A DNA stretch of 64,000 nucleotides, taken from NCBI RefSeq assembly GCF_009914755.1, contig NC_060939.1. The stretch is one strand, 5' to 3'. The notes under the pieces were generated by a model, which was given only the letters and a program-made list of their open reading frames with translations, was not told the origin of the DNA and did not search any database. Below, piece after piece: positions 27,001 to 40,900 of this stretch (positions are counted from its first letter, which is position 1; every line of letters starts with the position of its first letter). The stretch comes from the human T2T-CHM13v2.0 reference genome, Homo sapiens. Both the position numbers and the translations under genes were made by a program.

Positions 27001-30000
27001 ACTCTGTGTGATCAATGCACATATCACAAGAAAGTTTCTCAGAAATTTTGATCTGGTTTTTATGTGAAGATATTACCTATTTCCCCAGAGGCCTCAATGG
27101 GCCCACAAATATTCCCTTTCAGATTCTACAAAATGAATGTACCGAAGCTGCACAATCAAAAGAAAGGTTCACCAGTGTGAGATGAAAGCATACATCACCA
27201 GGAATTTTCTCAGAATTCTTCTTTCTAGATTTTATGTGAAGATATTTCCTTTTCCACTATAGGCCTCAAAGCGCTCCAAATATCCATTTGCAGATACTAT
27301 AAAGAGAGTGTTTCTAAACTGCTCAATCAAAAGAAAGGTTCAACACTGTGAGATGAATGCACACAACACAAAGAAGTTTCCCAGAAAGCTTCAGTCTAGT
27401 TTTAATGTGAGGATATTTCGTTTTCCAACATAGGCCTCAAAGCACTCAAATTATCATTTGCAGATACTACAAGAAGACTGTTTCCAAACTGCTTCATAAA
27501 AAGAAATGTTTAACTCTGTGAGATAAATGCACACATCACAAAGAAGTTTCTCAAAATGCTTCTGGGAAGTTTTTATGGGAAGATATTTCCTTTTTTACCA
27601 TAAGTCTCAAATTGCTGCTAATATCCATTTGCAGATACTACAAAAAGAGTGTTGCCAAACTGCTCAGTCAAAAGAAAGATTCAACTCTGTGAAATGAATG
27701 CACACATCACAAAGAAGTTTCTCACAATGCTTCTGTCTCGTTTTTATTTGAAGATATTTCCTTTTCCACCATAGACCACAAATCGCTCCAAATATCCACT
27801 TGCAGATTCTACAAAAAGAGTGTTTTCAAACTGCTCAATGAAAAGAAAGCCTCATCTCTGTGAGTTGAAAACACACAGCACAAACAAGTTTCTCAGAAAG
27901 TTTCTGTCTAGTTTTTATATGAAGATATTTCCTATCGCCCCACAGGCCTCAATGGGCTCACAAATATCCCTCTGTAGATTCTACAAAACGATGTTTTCCA
28001 AATTGCTCAATGAAAAGAAAGGTTCAACTCGGTGTAATGAATGCATACATCACAGTGAAGTTTCTCAGAATGCTTCTGTCTAGTTTTTATATGAAGATAT
28101 TTCCTTTTCCACCATAGGCCTCATCGCGCTCCAAGTATCCCCTGGCAGATTCTGCAAAAAGTATGTTTCAGAACTGTTCAATCAAAAGAAAGGTACAACA
28201 CCATGAGATGAATGCACACATAATGAAGTAGTTTCTAGGAATGCTTCTGTCTGGTTTTTATGTTAAGATATTTCCTTTTTCACCATAGGACTCAAAGCCC
28301 TTCAAATATCCATTTGCAGATACTACAAAAAGACTGTTTCCAAACTACTCAATCAAAAGAAAGTTCAACTCAGTGAGATGAATGCACACATCACAAAGAA
28401 GTTTCTCAGAAAGATTCTGTCTAGTTTTTATGTGAAGATATTTCCTATTTCCACAGAGGCCTCAATGGGCTCACAAATATTCCTTTGCATATTCTACAAA
28501 ACGACTGTTCAAAGCTGCTCAATCAAAAGAATGGTTCAACACTGTGAGATGAATGCACACATTCCAAGGAAGTTTCTCAGAATTCTTCTGTTTAGTTTTT
28601 ATGTGAACATATTTCCCTTTCCACTATAGGCTGCAAAGCGCTCCAAATATCCACTTGCAGATCCTACAAAAAGTGTTTTCACACTGCTCAATCAAAAGAA
28701 AAGTTCAACTCTGTGAGATGAATGCACACAGTGCAAAGAAGTTTCTCAGAAAGCTTCTGCCTAGTTTTTATGGGAAGATGTTTCGTTTTTCAACATAGGA
28801 CAAAAGCACTCCAAATATCCATTTGCAGATTCTACAAAAAGACTGTTTCCAAACTGCTCAATCAAGAGAAAGTTTCAACACAGTGAGATGAAGTCACACA
28901 TGACAAATAAATTTCTCAGAGAGTATCTGTCTAGCTTTTATGTGAAGGTATTTTCTATTTCCCCAGAAGCCTCAATGGGCTTACAAACATCCCTTTGCAG
29001 ATTCTACAAGACGACAGTTTCCAAACTAATCAATCAAAATAATGGTTCAACTCTGTGAGATGAATGCACACATCACAAAGAAGTTTCTCAAAATGCTGCT
29101 GTCTAGTTTTTAAGGGAAGATATGTCCTCTTCCACCATAGGCCTCAAAGTGCTCCAAATATCAACTTGCAGATTCTACAAAAATACTGTTTCCAAACTGC
29201 TCAATAAAAAGAAAAGTTCAACTCTGTGAGATGAATGCACACATCACAAAAAGTTTCTCAGAATACTTCTGTCTAGTTTTTATCGGAAGATATGTCCTTT
29301 TCCACCAATGACCTCAAAGCGCTCCAAATATCCACTTGCAGATTGTACAAAAAGAGTGTTTCAAAACTGCTCAATCAAAAGAAAAGTTCAACTCTGTGAG
29401 ATGAATGCACACATCACAAACAAGTTTCTCAGAATGCTTCAGTCTACTTTTAATGTGAAGATATTTCCTTTTCCAACATATGCCTCAAAGCACTCCAATT
29501 ACCATTTGCAGATAATACAAAAAAGCCTGTTTCCAAACTGCTCAATAAAAAGAAAGGTTCAACTCTGTGAGATGAATGCACACATCACAAAGAAGTTTCT
29601 CAGAATGCTTCTGCCTAGTTTTTATGGGAAGATATTTCCTTTTTCACCATAGGCCTCAATGAGCTGCTAATATCCAATTGCAGATACTACAAAAAGACTG
29701 TTCCCAAACTGCTCAATTAAAATAAAGTTTCAACTCTGTGAGATGAAAGCGCACATCCCAAAGAAGTTTCTCAGAAAGTGTCTGTCTAGTTTTTATGCGA
29801 AGATATTTCCTATCGCCCCATAGGTCTCTATGGGCTCACAAATATCCCTCTGCAGATTCTACAAAACGATGGTTTTCAAACTGCTCAATCAAAGGAAAGG
29901 TTCAACTTTGTGAAATGAATGCACCCATGAGAAAGAAGTTTCTCAGAATGCTTGTGTCTAGTTTTTATGTGAAGATGTTTCCTTTTCCACCAGAGGCCTC

Positions 30001-33000
30001 AAAGTGCTTCAAATATACACTTGCAGATCTTGCAAAAAGAGTGTTTCAAAACTGCTCAATCAAAAGAAAGGTTGAAGTCTGTGAGATGAATGTACACATC
30101 ACAAAGAAGTTTCTAAGAATGCTTCCATCTGATTTTTATGTGAAGATATTTCCTTTTTCACCATAGGCCTCATTACTCTCCAAATATCCATTTATAGATA
30201 ATACAAATGACTGTTTCCAAACTGCTCAATCAAAAGAAAGTTCAACTGTGTGTGATAAATGCACACATCACAAGGAAGTTGCTCAGAGAGTTTTTGTCTA
30301 GTTTTTAGGTGAAGATATTTCTTATTTCCCAAGAGGCCTCAATGGGCTCTCAAATATTCTCTTTCAGATTCTACTAAATGACTGTATTGAAGCTGCTCAA
30401 TCAAAAGAAAGGTTCAACAGTGTGAGAAGAAAGCACACATTCCTAGGAAGTTTCTCAGAATTCTTATTTCTAGTTTTTTATGTGAAGATATTTCCTTTTC
30501 CACTATAGGCCTCAAAGAGTTCCAAATATCCACTTGCAGATACTACAAAGAGAGTGTTTCAAAACTGCTCAATCAAAAGAAAGGTTCAACTTTGTGAGAT
30601 GAATGCAGACATCACACAGAAGTTTCTCAGAATCCTTCTGCCTTGTATTTATGGGAAGATATTTCCTTTTTCACCATAGGTCTCAAAGCACTGGTAATAT
30701 CCATTTGCAGATACTACTAAAAGACTGTTCTCAAACTGCTCAATCAAAAGAAAGTTTCAACTCTGTGAGATGAAAGCGAATATCACAAAGAAGTTTTTCA
30801 TAAATTTTCTGTCTGGTTTTTATGTGAACATATTTCCTATCACCCCATAGGCCTCAATCGGCTCACAAATATCCTTCTGCAGATTATACAAAACGACTGT
30901 TTCCAAACCATTCAATCACAGGAAGGGTTCAACTCTGTGAAATGAATGCACCCATCACAGAAAAATTTCTCAGAATGCTTCTGTCTCGTTTTAATGTGAA
31001 GAAGATTCCTTTTCCACCATATTCCTCATGTGCTTCAAACGTACATTGCAGATTCTGCTAAAAGAGTGTTCAAAACTGCTCAATCAAAAGAAAAGTTCTA
31101 ATCTGTGAGATGAATGTACACATCACAAAGGAGTTTCTATGAATGCTTCTGTCTGATTTATATTGAAGATATTTCCTTTTTCACCGTAGGCCTCAGAGCA
31201 CTTAAAATATCCATTTGCAGATACTAGAAAAAGACTGTTTCCAAACTGCTCAATCAAAATAAAGTTCAACTCAGTGAGATGAATGCACATATCACAAAGA
31301 AGTTTCTGAGAAAGTTTCTGTCTAGTTTTTATTTGAAGATATTTCCTATTTCCCCAGAGGCATCAATGGGCTCACAAATATTCCTTTGCATATTCTACAA
31401 AATGACTGTTTAGAAGCTGCTCAATCAAGAAAAAAGTTCAACACTGTGAGATGAATGCACACATTCAAAGGAAGTTTCTCAGAATTCTTCTGTCCAGTTT
31501 TTATGTGAAGATATTTCCTTTTTCACTATAGGCCACAAAGCGCTCAAAATATCCACTTGCAGACTCTACAAAAAGAGTGTTTCCACACTGCTCAATCAAA
31601 AGAAAAGTTCAACAGTGTGAGATGAATGCACACATCACAAAGAAATTTCTCCAAAAGCTTCTTCCTAGTTTTTATGGGAAGATACTTCATTTTTCAACAT
31701 AGGCCAAAAGTGCTCCAAATATTCATTTGCAGATTCTACAAAAAGACTGTTCCCAAACTGCTCAATCAAGAGAAAGTTTCAACCCGGTGAGTTGAAGTCA
31801 CACATGACAAAATAGTTTCTCAGAAAGTATCTTTCTAGTTGTTATGTGAAGATATTTCCTATCTCCCGAGAAGCCTCAATGGGCTCACAAATATCCCTTT
31901 GCAGATTCTACAAAACGACAGTTTCAAAACTGCTGAATCAAAAGAAAGGTTCAACTCTGTGAGATGAATGCACAGATCGCAAATAAGTTTCTCAGAATGC
32001 TGCTGTCTAGTTTTTATGGGAAGATGTATCTTTTTCCACCATAGGCCTGAAAGTGCCCCAAATATCCACTTATAGATTGTACAAAAAGACTGTTTCAAAA
32101 CTGCTCAATCAAAAGAAAAGTTAAACTCTGTGAGATGAAAGCACACATCAGAAAGAAGTTTCTCAGAAAGTTTCTGTCTAGTTTTTATGTGAAGATATTT
32201 CCTATCACCCCATACGTCTCAATGGGCTCAAAAATATCTCTCTGCAGATTCTACAAAACGACTGTTTCCAAACTGTTCAATACAAGGAAAGGTTCAACTC
32301 CATGAAATGAATACACCCATCAGGCAGAAGTTTCTCAGAATGCTTCTGTCTAGTTTTTATGTGACAATGTTTCCTTTTCTACCATAGGCCTCAAAGCTCT
32401 ACAAATATCCACTTGAAGATACTGCAAAAAGCGTTTTTCAAAACTGCTCAATTAAAAGAATGGTTCAACTTCGTGAGCTGAATGCACACATCACAAAGTA
32501 ATTTCTCAGAATGCTTCTGTCTAGTTTTTATGTGAAGATATTTCCTTTTCCACCATAGGCCTCAAAGCGCTCCAAATATTCACTTGCACACTCTTCGAAA
32601 GAGTTTTTCAAAACTTCTCAATCAAAAGAAAGTTTCAGCTCTGTGACATGAATGCACACATCACAAAGAAGTTTCTCAGAATGCTTCTGCCTAATTTTTA
32701 GGGGAAGATATTTCCTTTTTCACCATAGGCCTCAAAGTGCTCTAAATATCCATTTGCAGGTGAGAAAAAGACGGTGTCCAAACTTCTCAATCAAAAGAAA
32801 ATTTCAGCTCTGTGAGATGAATGCACATATCACAAAGAACTTTCTCAGAATGCTTCTTGCTTGTTTTTATGTGAAGATATTTCCTTTTCCAACACAGGCA
32901 TCTAAGCACTCCAAGTATCCAATTGAAGATTCCACAAAAAGAGTGTTTCAAAACAGCTCAATCATAAGATAGGTTTAACTTTGTGAGATGAATGCACACA

Positions 33001-34080
33001 TTGCAAAGAAGTTTTTCAGAATGCTTCTGTCTACTTTTTACATGAAGTTATTTCCTTTTCCACTATAGGCCTCAAATCACTCCAAATATCCACTTGCAGA
33101 TCCTACAAAAAGAGTGTTTCTGAACTGCTCAATCAAAAGAAAGGCTCAACTCTGTGAGATGAATGTACATATCACAAAGAGGTTTCTCAGAATGCTTCTG
33201 TCTAGTTTTGCTGTGAAGATATTTCCTTTTCCACCAAAGGTCTCAAAGCACTCCAAGTATCCACTTACAGATTCTACAAAAAGAGTGTTTAAATACTTCT
33301 CAAAAAAGGAAGGTTCAGCTCAGTGAGATGAATGCATACATCACAAAGGACATTCTCAGAATGCTTCTGTCTAGCTTTTATGTGAAGATATTTCCTTTTC
33401 CATCATAGGCATCAAAATGCTCCAAATATCCAATTGCAGATTCTACAAAAAGAGTGTGTTAAAACTGCTCAATCAAAAGAAAGTTTCAACACAGGGAGTT
33501 GAATGCACACATCACAAAGAAGTTACTCAGAATGCTTGTGTCTGATTTTTATGTGAAGATATTACCTTTTCCGCCAAAGGCCTCAAAGTGCTCCAAATAT
33601 CCCCTTGCAGATTCTACAAAAAGAATGATTAAATACTTCTCAAAAAAGAAAGGTTCAACTCTGTGAGATGAATGCAGAAATCGAAGAGAATTCTCTCAGA
33701 ATGCTTCTTTCTGGGTTTTATGTGAAGATATTTCCTTTTCCTCTATAGGCCTCAAAACGCTACAAATATCCAGTTTCTGATACTACAAAAAGAGTTTGTT
33801 AAAACTACTCAATCAAAAGAAAAGTTCAACACAGGGAGTTGAATGCGCACATCACAAAGAAGTTTCTCTGAATGCTTGTGTCTGATTTTTATGTGAAGAT
33901 ATTTCCTTTTCCACCATAGGCCTCAACGTTCTCTAATTATCCAGTTGCAGATTCTGAAAAAAGAGTGTTTCAAAACTGCTCAATCAAAAGAAAGTTTCAA
34001 CTCTGTGAAATCAATGCACACATGACAAAGAAGTTCCTCAGAATGCTTCTGTCAAGTTTTTATGTGAATATATTTCCTTT
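15053..34080 (-). repeat. Diverged alpha-satellite array, reverse orientation (~111 monomers, several sub-layers)
   Basis: Reverse-complement unit aactgctcaatcaaaagaaaggttcaactctgtgagatgaatgcacacatcacaaagaagtttctcagaatgcttctgtctagtttttatgtgaagatatttcc repeated every ~171 bp. Confidence 0.98.
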
Positions 34081-34130
34081 ATATTTATTTATGTATTTAT
34101 TTATTTATTTATTTATTTTATTATTATTAT
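34081..34130. repeat. (TTTA)n/(TTA)n microsatellite derived from the L1 poly(A) tail
   Basis: atatttatttatgtatttatttatttatttatttattttattattattat directly abuts the L1 3' end. Confidence 0.9.
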
Positions 34131-34978
34131 ACTTTAAGTTTTAGGGTACATGTGCACAATGTGCAGGTTAGTTACATATGTATACATGTACCACACTGGT
34201 GTGCTGCACCCATTAACTCATCATTTAGCATTAGGTATATCTCCTAATGCTATCCCTGCCCTCTCACCCCACCCCACAACAGTCCCCAGAGTATGACGTT
34301 CCCCTTCCTGTGTCCATGTGTTCTCATTGTTCAATTCCCACTTATGAGTGAGAATATGCAGTGTTTGGTCTTTTGTTCTTGCGATAGTTTACCGAGAATG
34401 ATGATTTCCACTTTCATCTATGTCCCTACAAAGGACATGAACTCATCATTTTTTATGGCTGCCTAGTATTCCATGGTGTATATGTGCCATATTTTCTTAA
34501 TCAACTCTATCATTGTTGGACATTTGGTTTGGTTCCAACTCTTTGCTATTGTGACTAGTGCCGCAATAAGCATACGTGTGCATGTGTCTTTATAGAAGCA
34601 TGATTTATAGTCCTTTGGGTATATACCCAGCAATGGGATGGCTGGGTCAAATGGTATTTATAGTTCTAGATCCCTGAGGAATCGCCACACTGACTTCCAC
34701 AATGGTTGTACTAGTTTACAGTGCCACCCACTGTGTAAAAGTGTTCCTATTTCTCCACATCCTCTCCAGCACCTGTTGTTTCCTGACTTTTTAATGATTG
34801 CCATTCTAATTGGTGTGTGATGGTATCTCATTGTGGTTTTGATTTGCATTTCTCTGATGGCCAGTGATGGTGGGCATTTTTTCATGTGTTTTTTGGCTGC
34901 ATAAACATATTCTTTTGAGAAGTGTATGTTCATGTCCTTCGCCCACTTTTTGAAGGGCTTGTTTGTTTGTTTGTTTGT
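34081..34978 (-). mobile_element. 5'-truncated LINE-1 (~0.9 kb; ORF2 C-terminus, 3'UTR and tail), L1PA2-4-like
   Basis: ORF 34658..34933(-) matches the ORF2 Cys-rich end ([34 protein letters not shown]). Probable TSD tttccttt(tt) at 34073-34080 and 34979-34988. The satellite resumes in register. Confidence 0.97.
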
Positions 34979-34980
34979 TT
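34961..34980. repeat. (GTTT)5 microsatellite at the L1 5' truncation point
   Basis: gtttgtttgtttgtttgttt. The homologous site in the full-length L1 (~53957-53970) reads only gttgtttgttttttc. Confidence 0.85.
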
Positions 34981-37900
34981 TCCTTTTTAAACGTATGCCT
35001 CAAACCACTCCAAATATCCATTTGCAGTTACTACAGAAAGACTGTTTTCAAACTGCTCAATCAAAAGAAAGGTTCAACTCTGTGAAATGAATGCACACAT
35101 CAGAAGGAAGTTTCTCAGAATGCTTCTGTCTAGTTCTTATCTGAAGATATTCCCTATTTCCCCAGAGGCCTCAGTAGGCTGAAAAATATCCCTCTACAGA
35201 TTCTACAAAACTACTGTTTCCAAACTGCTCAATCAATACAAAGGTTCAAGTCTGTGAAATTAATGCGCACAAGACAAAGAAGTTTCTCAGAATGCTTCTG
35301 TATATTTTTAATGTGAAGATATTTCCTTTTTCACCATAGGTCTCAAAGCCCTCCAAATATCCACTTGCAGATTCTACAAAAAGACTGATTCCAAACTGCC
35401 CAATCAAAAGAAAGTTTCAACTCTGTGAGATGAAAGCAGATATCACAAATAATTTTCTCAGAAATTTTCTGTTTAGTTTTTATGTGAAGATATTTCCTAT
35501 TACCCCATGAGCCTCAATGGGAAAAAAAAATACCCCTTCACAGATTCTACAAAACGATGGGCTCCAAACTGCTCAATCAAAAGAAAGTTAAACCCTGTGA
35601 GATGAATGCACATATCACAAAGAAGTTTCTCAGAATGCTTCTGTGAAGTTTCCATGTGAAGATATTACCTTTTCCAATATAGGACACAAAACGCTCCAAA
35701 TATCGACTTGCAGATTGTACAAAAAGAGTTTTTCAAAACTGCTCAATCAAAAGAAAGCTTCAACTCTGTGAGATGAGTGCACACATCACAAAGAAGTTTC
35801 TCAGAATGCTTCTGTCTAGTTTTTATTTGAAGATATGTCCTTTTCCACCATAGGCCTCAAAGCAAACAAAATATCTATTTGCAGATTCCAAAAAAGACTG
35901 TTTCCAAACTGCTCAATCAAAAGAAAAGTTCAACTCTGTGAGATGAATGCACACATCGCAAAGAAGTTTCTCAGAAAGTGTCTCTCTAGTTTTTATATGA
36001 AGATATTTCCTAACACCCCATAGGCATCAATGAGTTCACAAATATCCCTCTGTAGATTCTACAAAATGACTGTTGGCAAACTGCTCAATCAAAGGAATGG
36101 TTCAACTCTGTGAAATGAATGCACACAACACAAAGAAGTTTCTCAGAATGCTTCTCTTCTGTTTTAATGTGAAGATATTTCCTATTCCACCATAGGCCTC
36201 AAAGCGCTCCAAATATCCACTTGCAGATTCTACACAAAGAGTGTTTCAAAACTACTCAATCAAAAGAAAGTTTCAAATCTGTGAGATTAATGCACACATC
36301 ACAAAGCAGTTTCTAGGAATCCTTCTGTCTGGTTTTTATGTGAGGATACTTCCTTTTTCACCACAGGCCTCAAAGAGCTCCAAAAATCCATTTGCAGATA
36401 CTACAAAAAGATTGTTTCCAAACTGCTCAATAAAGTGAAAGGTTCAAATTTGAGAGATGAAACCACACACCACAAAGGTGTTTCTCAGAATTCTTCTTTG
36501 TGGTTTTTCTGTTAAGATATTTTCTTTTCCACCATAGGCCTCAAAGCGCAACAAATATCCACTTGCTGATTCTATAAAGAGTGTTTCAACACTGCTCAAT
36601 CAAAACAAGAGTTCAACTCTGTGAGATGAATGCACACATCACAAAGAGGTTTCTGAGAATGCTTCTGTCTAGTTTTTATGTGAAGATATTTCCTTTTCCA
36701 CCATAGGCCTCAAAGCTCTCCAAATATCCATTTGCAGATACTACAAAAAGACTGTTTCCAAACTGCTGAATCAAAAGAAAGGTTCAACTCCATGAGTTGA
36801 ATACACACATCACAAAGAAGTTTCTCAGAAAGCTTCTGACTAGTTTTTATGTGAAGATGTTTTCTTTTCCACCATAGGCCTCAAAGTGCTAAAAATATCC
36901 ACTTGAAGATTCTACAAAAAGAGAGTTTCAAAACTGCTCAAACAAAAGAAAGGTTCAACTCTGTGACATGAATGCACACATCACAAAGAAGTTTCTCAGA
37001 ATGCTTCTGTCTAGTTTTATGTGAAGATATTTCCTTTTCTACTATAGGCTGCAAAGCACTCCAAATATCAACTTGCAGATTCTGCAGAAAGAGTTTTTCA
37101 AAGCTGCTCAATCAAAAGAAAAGTTCAACTCTTTGAGATGAATGCCCGCACCATGAAGAAGTTCCTCAGAATGCTTCTGTTTATTTTTTATGTGAAGATA
37201 TATCCTTTTCTACCAAAAACTGCAAAGTGCTCCAAATATCCCCTTGCAGTTTCTACTAAAAGAGTGTTTCCAAACTGCTAAATCAAAAGAAAGTTTCAAC
37301 TCTGTGAGATGAATGCACACATCACTAAGAAGTTTCTCAGTAATTTTCTGTCTAGTTTTATGTGAAGATATTTCCTTTCCTACTATAGGCCTGAAAGTGC
37401 TCCAAATATCCATTTGCAGATACTGCAAAAAGACTGCTTCCAAACTGCTCAATCAAAGGAAAGGTCCAACTCTATGAGTTGAATGCACGCATCTCAAAGA
37501 GATTTCTCAGAGTGGTTCTGTCTAGTTTTTATGTGAAGATATTTGCTTTTCCACCAGTGGCCTCAAACTCTCCAAATATCCACTTGCAGATTGTACAATA
37601 AGAGTGTTTCAAAACTGCTCAATCAAAAGAAAGGTTTAACTCTGTGAGATGAATGCACACATCACAAACCACCTTCTCAGAATGCTTCTGTCTAGTTTTT
37701 ATGTGAAGATATTTCGTTTTTCACCATAGGCCGCAAAGCGCTCCAAATATCCCCTTCAGATTCTACAGAAAGAATGTTTCAAAACTGTTCAATCAAAAGA
37801 AAGGTTCAACTCTGGTGATGAATGCCCGCATCACAGAGCAGTTTCTCATAATGTTTCTGTCTAGTTTTCATGTGTATATATTTCCTTTTCCACCACAGGC

Positions 37901-40900
37901 CCCAAAGCGCTCCAAATATCCGTTTGCAGGTACTACTAAAAGACTGTTTCCAAACTGCTCAATCAAAAGAAAAGTTTAAATATGTGAGTTGAATGAGCAC
38001 ATCACAAATAAGTTTCTCAGAATGCTTCTGTCTAGTTTTTATGTGAAGATATTTCCTTTTCCACCACAGGCCACAAAGCACTCCAAATATCCACTTGAAG
38101 ATTCTACAAACAGAGTGCTTCAAAAATACTCAATCAAAAGAAAGGTTCAACTCTTTGAGATGGATGCACATATCACAAAGAAGCTTCTCAGAATTCTTCT
38201 GTCTACCTTTTATGTGAAGATATTTCCTTTTCCACCATAGGCCTCAAGTCTCTCCAAATATCTACTTTCAGAATCTCCAAAAAGAGCGTTTTAAAACTGC
38301 TGTATCAAAGAAAGTTTCACGTCTGTGATATGACTACACACAACAGAGAGAAGTTTCTCAGAGTGCTTCTGTGTATTTTTTATGTGAAGATATTTCCTTT
38401 TCCACTATCGGCCACAGAGTGCTCCAAATATTCACTTGCAGAACCTACAAAAAGAGTGTTGCAAACCTGCTCAATCAAAAGAAAGATTTAACTCTATGAG
38501 ATGAATGGACACATCACAAAGAAGTTTCTCAGTATGCTTTTGTCTAGTTTTTATGTGAAGATGTTTCCTTTTCCAATCCATGATGTAAAGTGATCCAAAT
38601 ATCCACTGGTAGATATTACAAAAAGACAGCTTTCAAACTGCTCTATCAAAAGAAAGGTTCAAATCTGTGAGTTGAATGCACACATCACAAAGAATTTTCT
38701 CAGAATGCTTCTGTCTAGTTTTTATGTGAAGATATTTCCTTTTCCACCATAGGCCTCAAAGCGCTCAAAATGTCCATTTGCAGATACTACAGAAAGATGC
38801 TTTCCAAGCAGCTCAATCAGAGGAAATGTTCAGCTCTTTGAATTAAATGCACATCACAAAATAGTTTCCTGAATGCTTCTGTCTTGTGTATATGTGAAGA
38901 TATTTCCTTTTCCAATATAGTCCACAAAGAGCTACAAATATCAACTTGCAGATTCTGCAAAAACAGTGTTTCCAAACTGTTCAATCAAAAGAAACTTTCA
39001 GCTCTGTGAGTTGAATGCGCACATCACAAAGAATTTTCTCAGAATGCTTCTTTCTAGTTTTCATATGACGATATTTCCTTTTCCACCACATGACTCAAAT
39101 CGCTCCAAAAATACACAAGCAGATTCCATAAACAGAGTATTTCAAAACTGCTGAATCAAAAGAAAGTTTCAGCTCTGTGAGATGAATGCACACATCACAA
39201 AGAAGATTCTCAGAATGCTTCTGTCTAGTTTTCATGTGAAGATAATTCCTTTTCCACATTAGGCCTCAAATCTCTTCAAATATCCCTTGCAGATTCTACA
39301 AAAATAGTGTTTCAAAACTGCTCAATTGAAAGAAAGGTTGAAGTCTGTGAGATGAATGCACATCTCATAAAGAAGTTTCTCAAAGTGCTTCTGTCTAGTT
39401 TTTATTTGAAGATATATCCTTTTCCACAATAGGCCACAAAGCGCTCCAAATATCCACTTGCAGATTCTTCAAAAAGAGTGTTTCAAAACTGCTCAATCAA
39501 AACAAAGGTTCAACTGTGTTAGTTGAATGCACACATCACAAAGAAGCTTCTCAGAATGCTTCCGTCTAGTTTTTATGTGAAGATATTTCCTTTTCCACCG
39601 TAGGCCCCAAAGCATTCCAAATATCCACTGGTAGATTCTACAAATGTGCGTTTCAAAACTACTCAATCAAAAGAAACGTTCAACTCAGTGAGATGAATGC
39701 ACACATCACAAAGTTGTTTCTCAGAATGCTTCTGTCTAGTTTTCATGTGAAGATATTTTCTTTCATACCATAGGCCCCAATATCCACCTTCAGATTCTAC
39801 AAAAAGTGTGTTTCAAAACTGCTTAATCAAAAGAAAAGTTCAAACCTGTGAGATGAATGCACACATCACAAAGCAGTTTCTCAGAATGCTTCTGTCTAGT
39901 TTTGATGTGAAGATATTTCCTTTAACACTGTAGAACTGGAAGCGCTGCAAATATCCACTTGCAGATTCTACAAAAAGAGTGTTTCAAAACTGCTGAATCA
40001 AAAGAAAAGTTCAACTCCTTGAGAAGAATGCACACATCACAAAGAAGTTTCGCAGAATATTTCTGTCTAGTTTTTATGTGAAGATATTTCCTTTTCCCCT
40101 CGAGGCTGGAAAGCACTTCAAATATCCAATTGCAGATTCTACAAAAGAGTGTTTCAAAACTGCTCAATCAAAGGAAAGGTCCAATTCGGTGAGCTGAATG
40201 TACACATCAGAAGGAAGTTTCTCAGAATACCTCTGTGCAGTTTTTATGTGAAGATATTTACTTTTCCACCATAATCCCCAAGGCTCTCCAAATATCCACT
40301 TGCAGATTCAACAAAAAGTGTGTTTCAAAACTGCTCAATCAAAAGAAAGGTTCAACTCTGTGAGAGGAATGCTCACATCACAAACACGTTTCTCAGAATG
40401 CTTCTGTCTTGTTTCTGTGTGAAGATACTTCCTTTTCCACTAGAGAAAGCAAAGCGCTCCAAATATCCACGTGCAGATTTTACAAAAGGGTGTTTCTAAA
40501 GTGCTAAATCAAAAGAAAGTTTCAAGTCTGTGAGATGAATGCACATATCCCAAAGAAGTTTCTCAGAATGCTTCTGTCTAGTTTTCATTTGAAGATATAA
40601 AATTTTCCACTATAGGCCACAAAGCACTTCAAATATCCACTTGCATATTCTTCAAAAAGAGTGTTTCAAAACTGCTGAATCAAAATAAAGTTTCAACTCT
40701 GTGAGGTGATTGCACACATCATAAAGAAGTTTCTCAGAATGCTTCTGTGTAGCTTTTATGTGAAGGTATTTCCTTTTCCACCATAGGCCTTAAAGTGTTC
40801 CATATATCCACCTGCAGATTCTACAAAAAGAGTGTTTCAAAACTATTTAATCAAAAGAAAGGTTCAACCCAGTGAGGTGAATGTACTCGTCATGGAGAAG

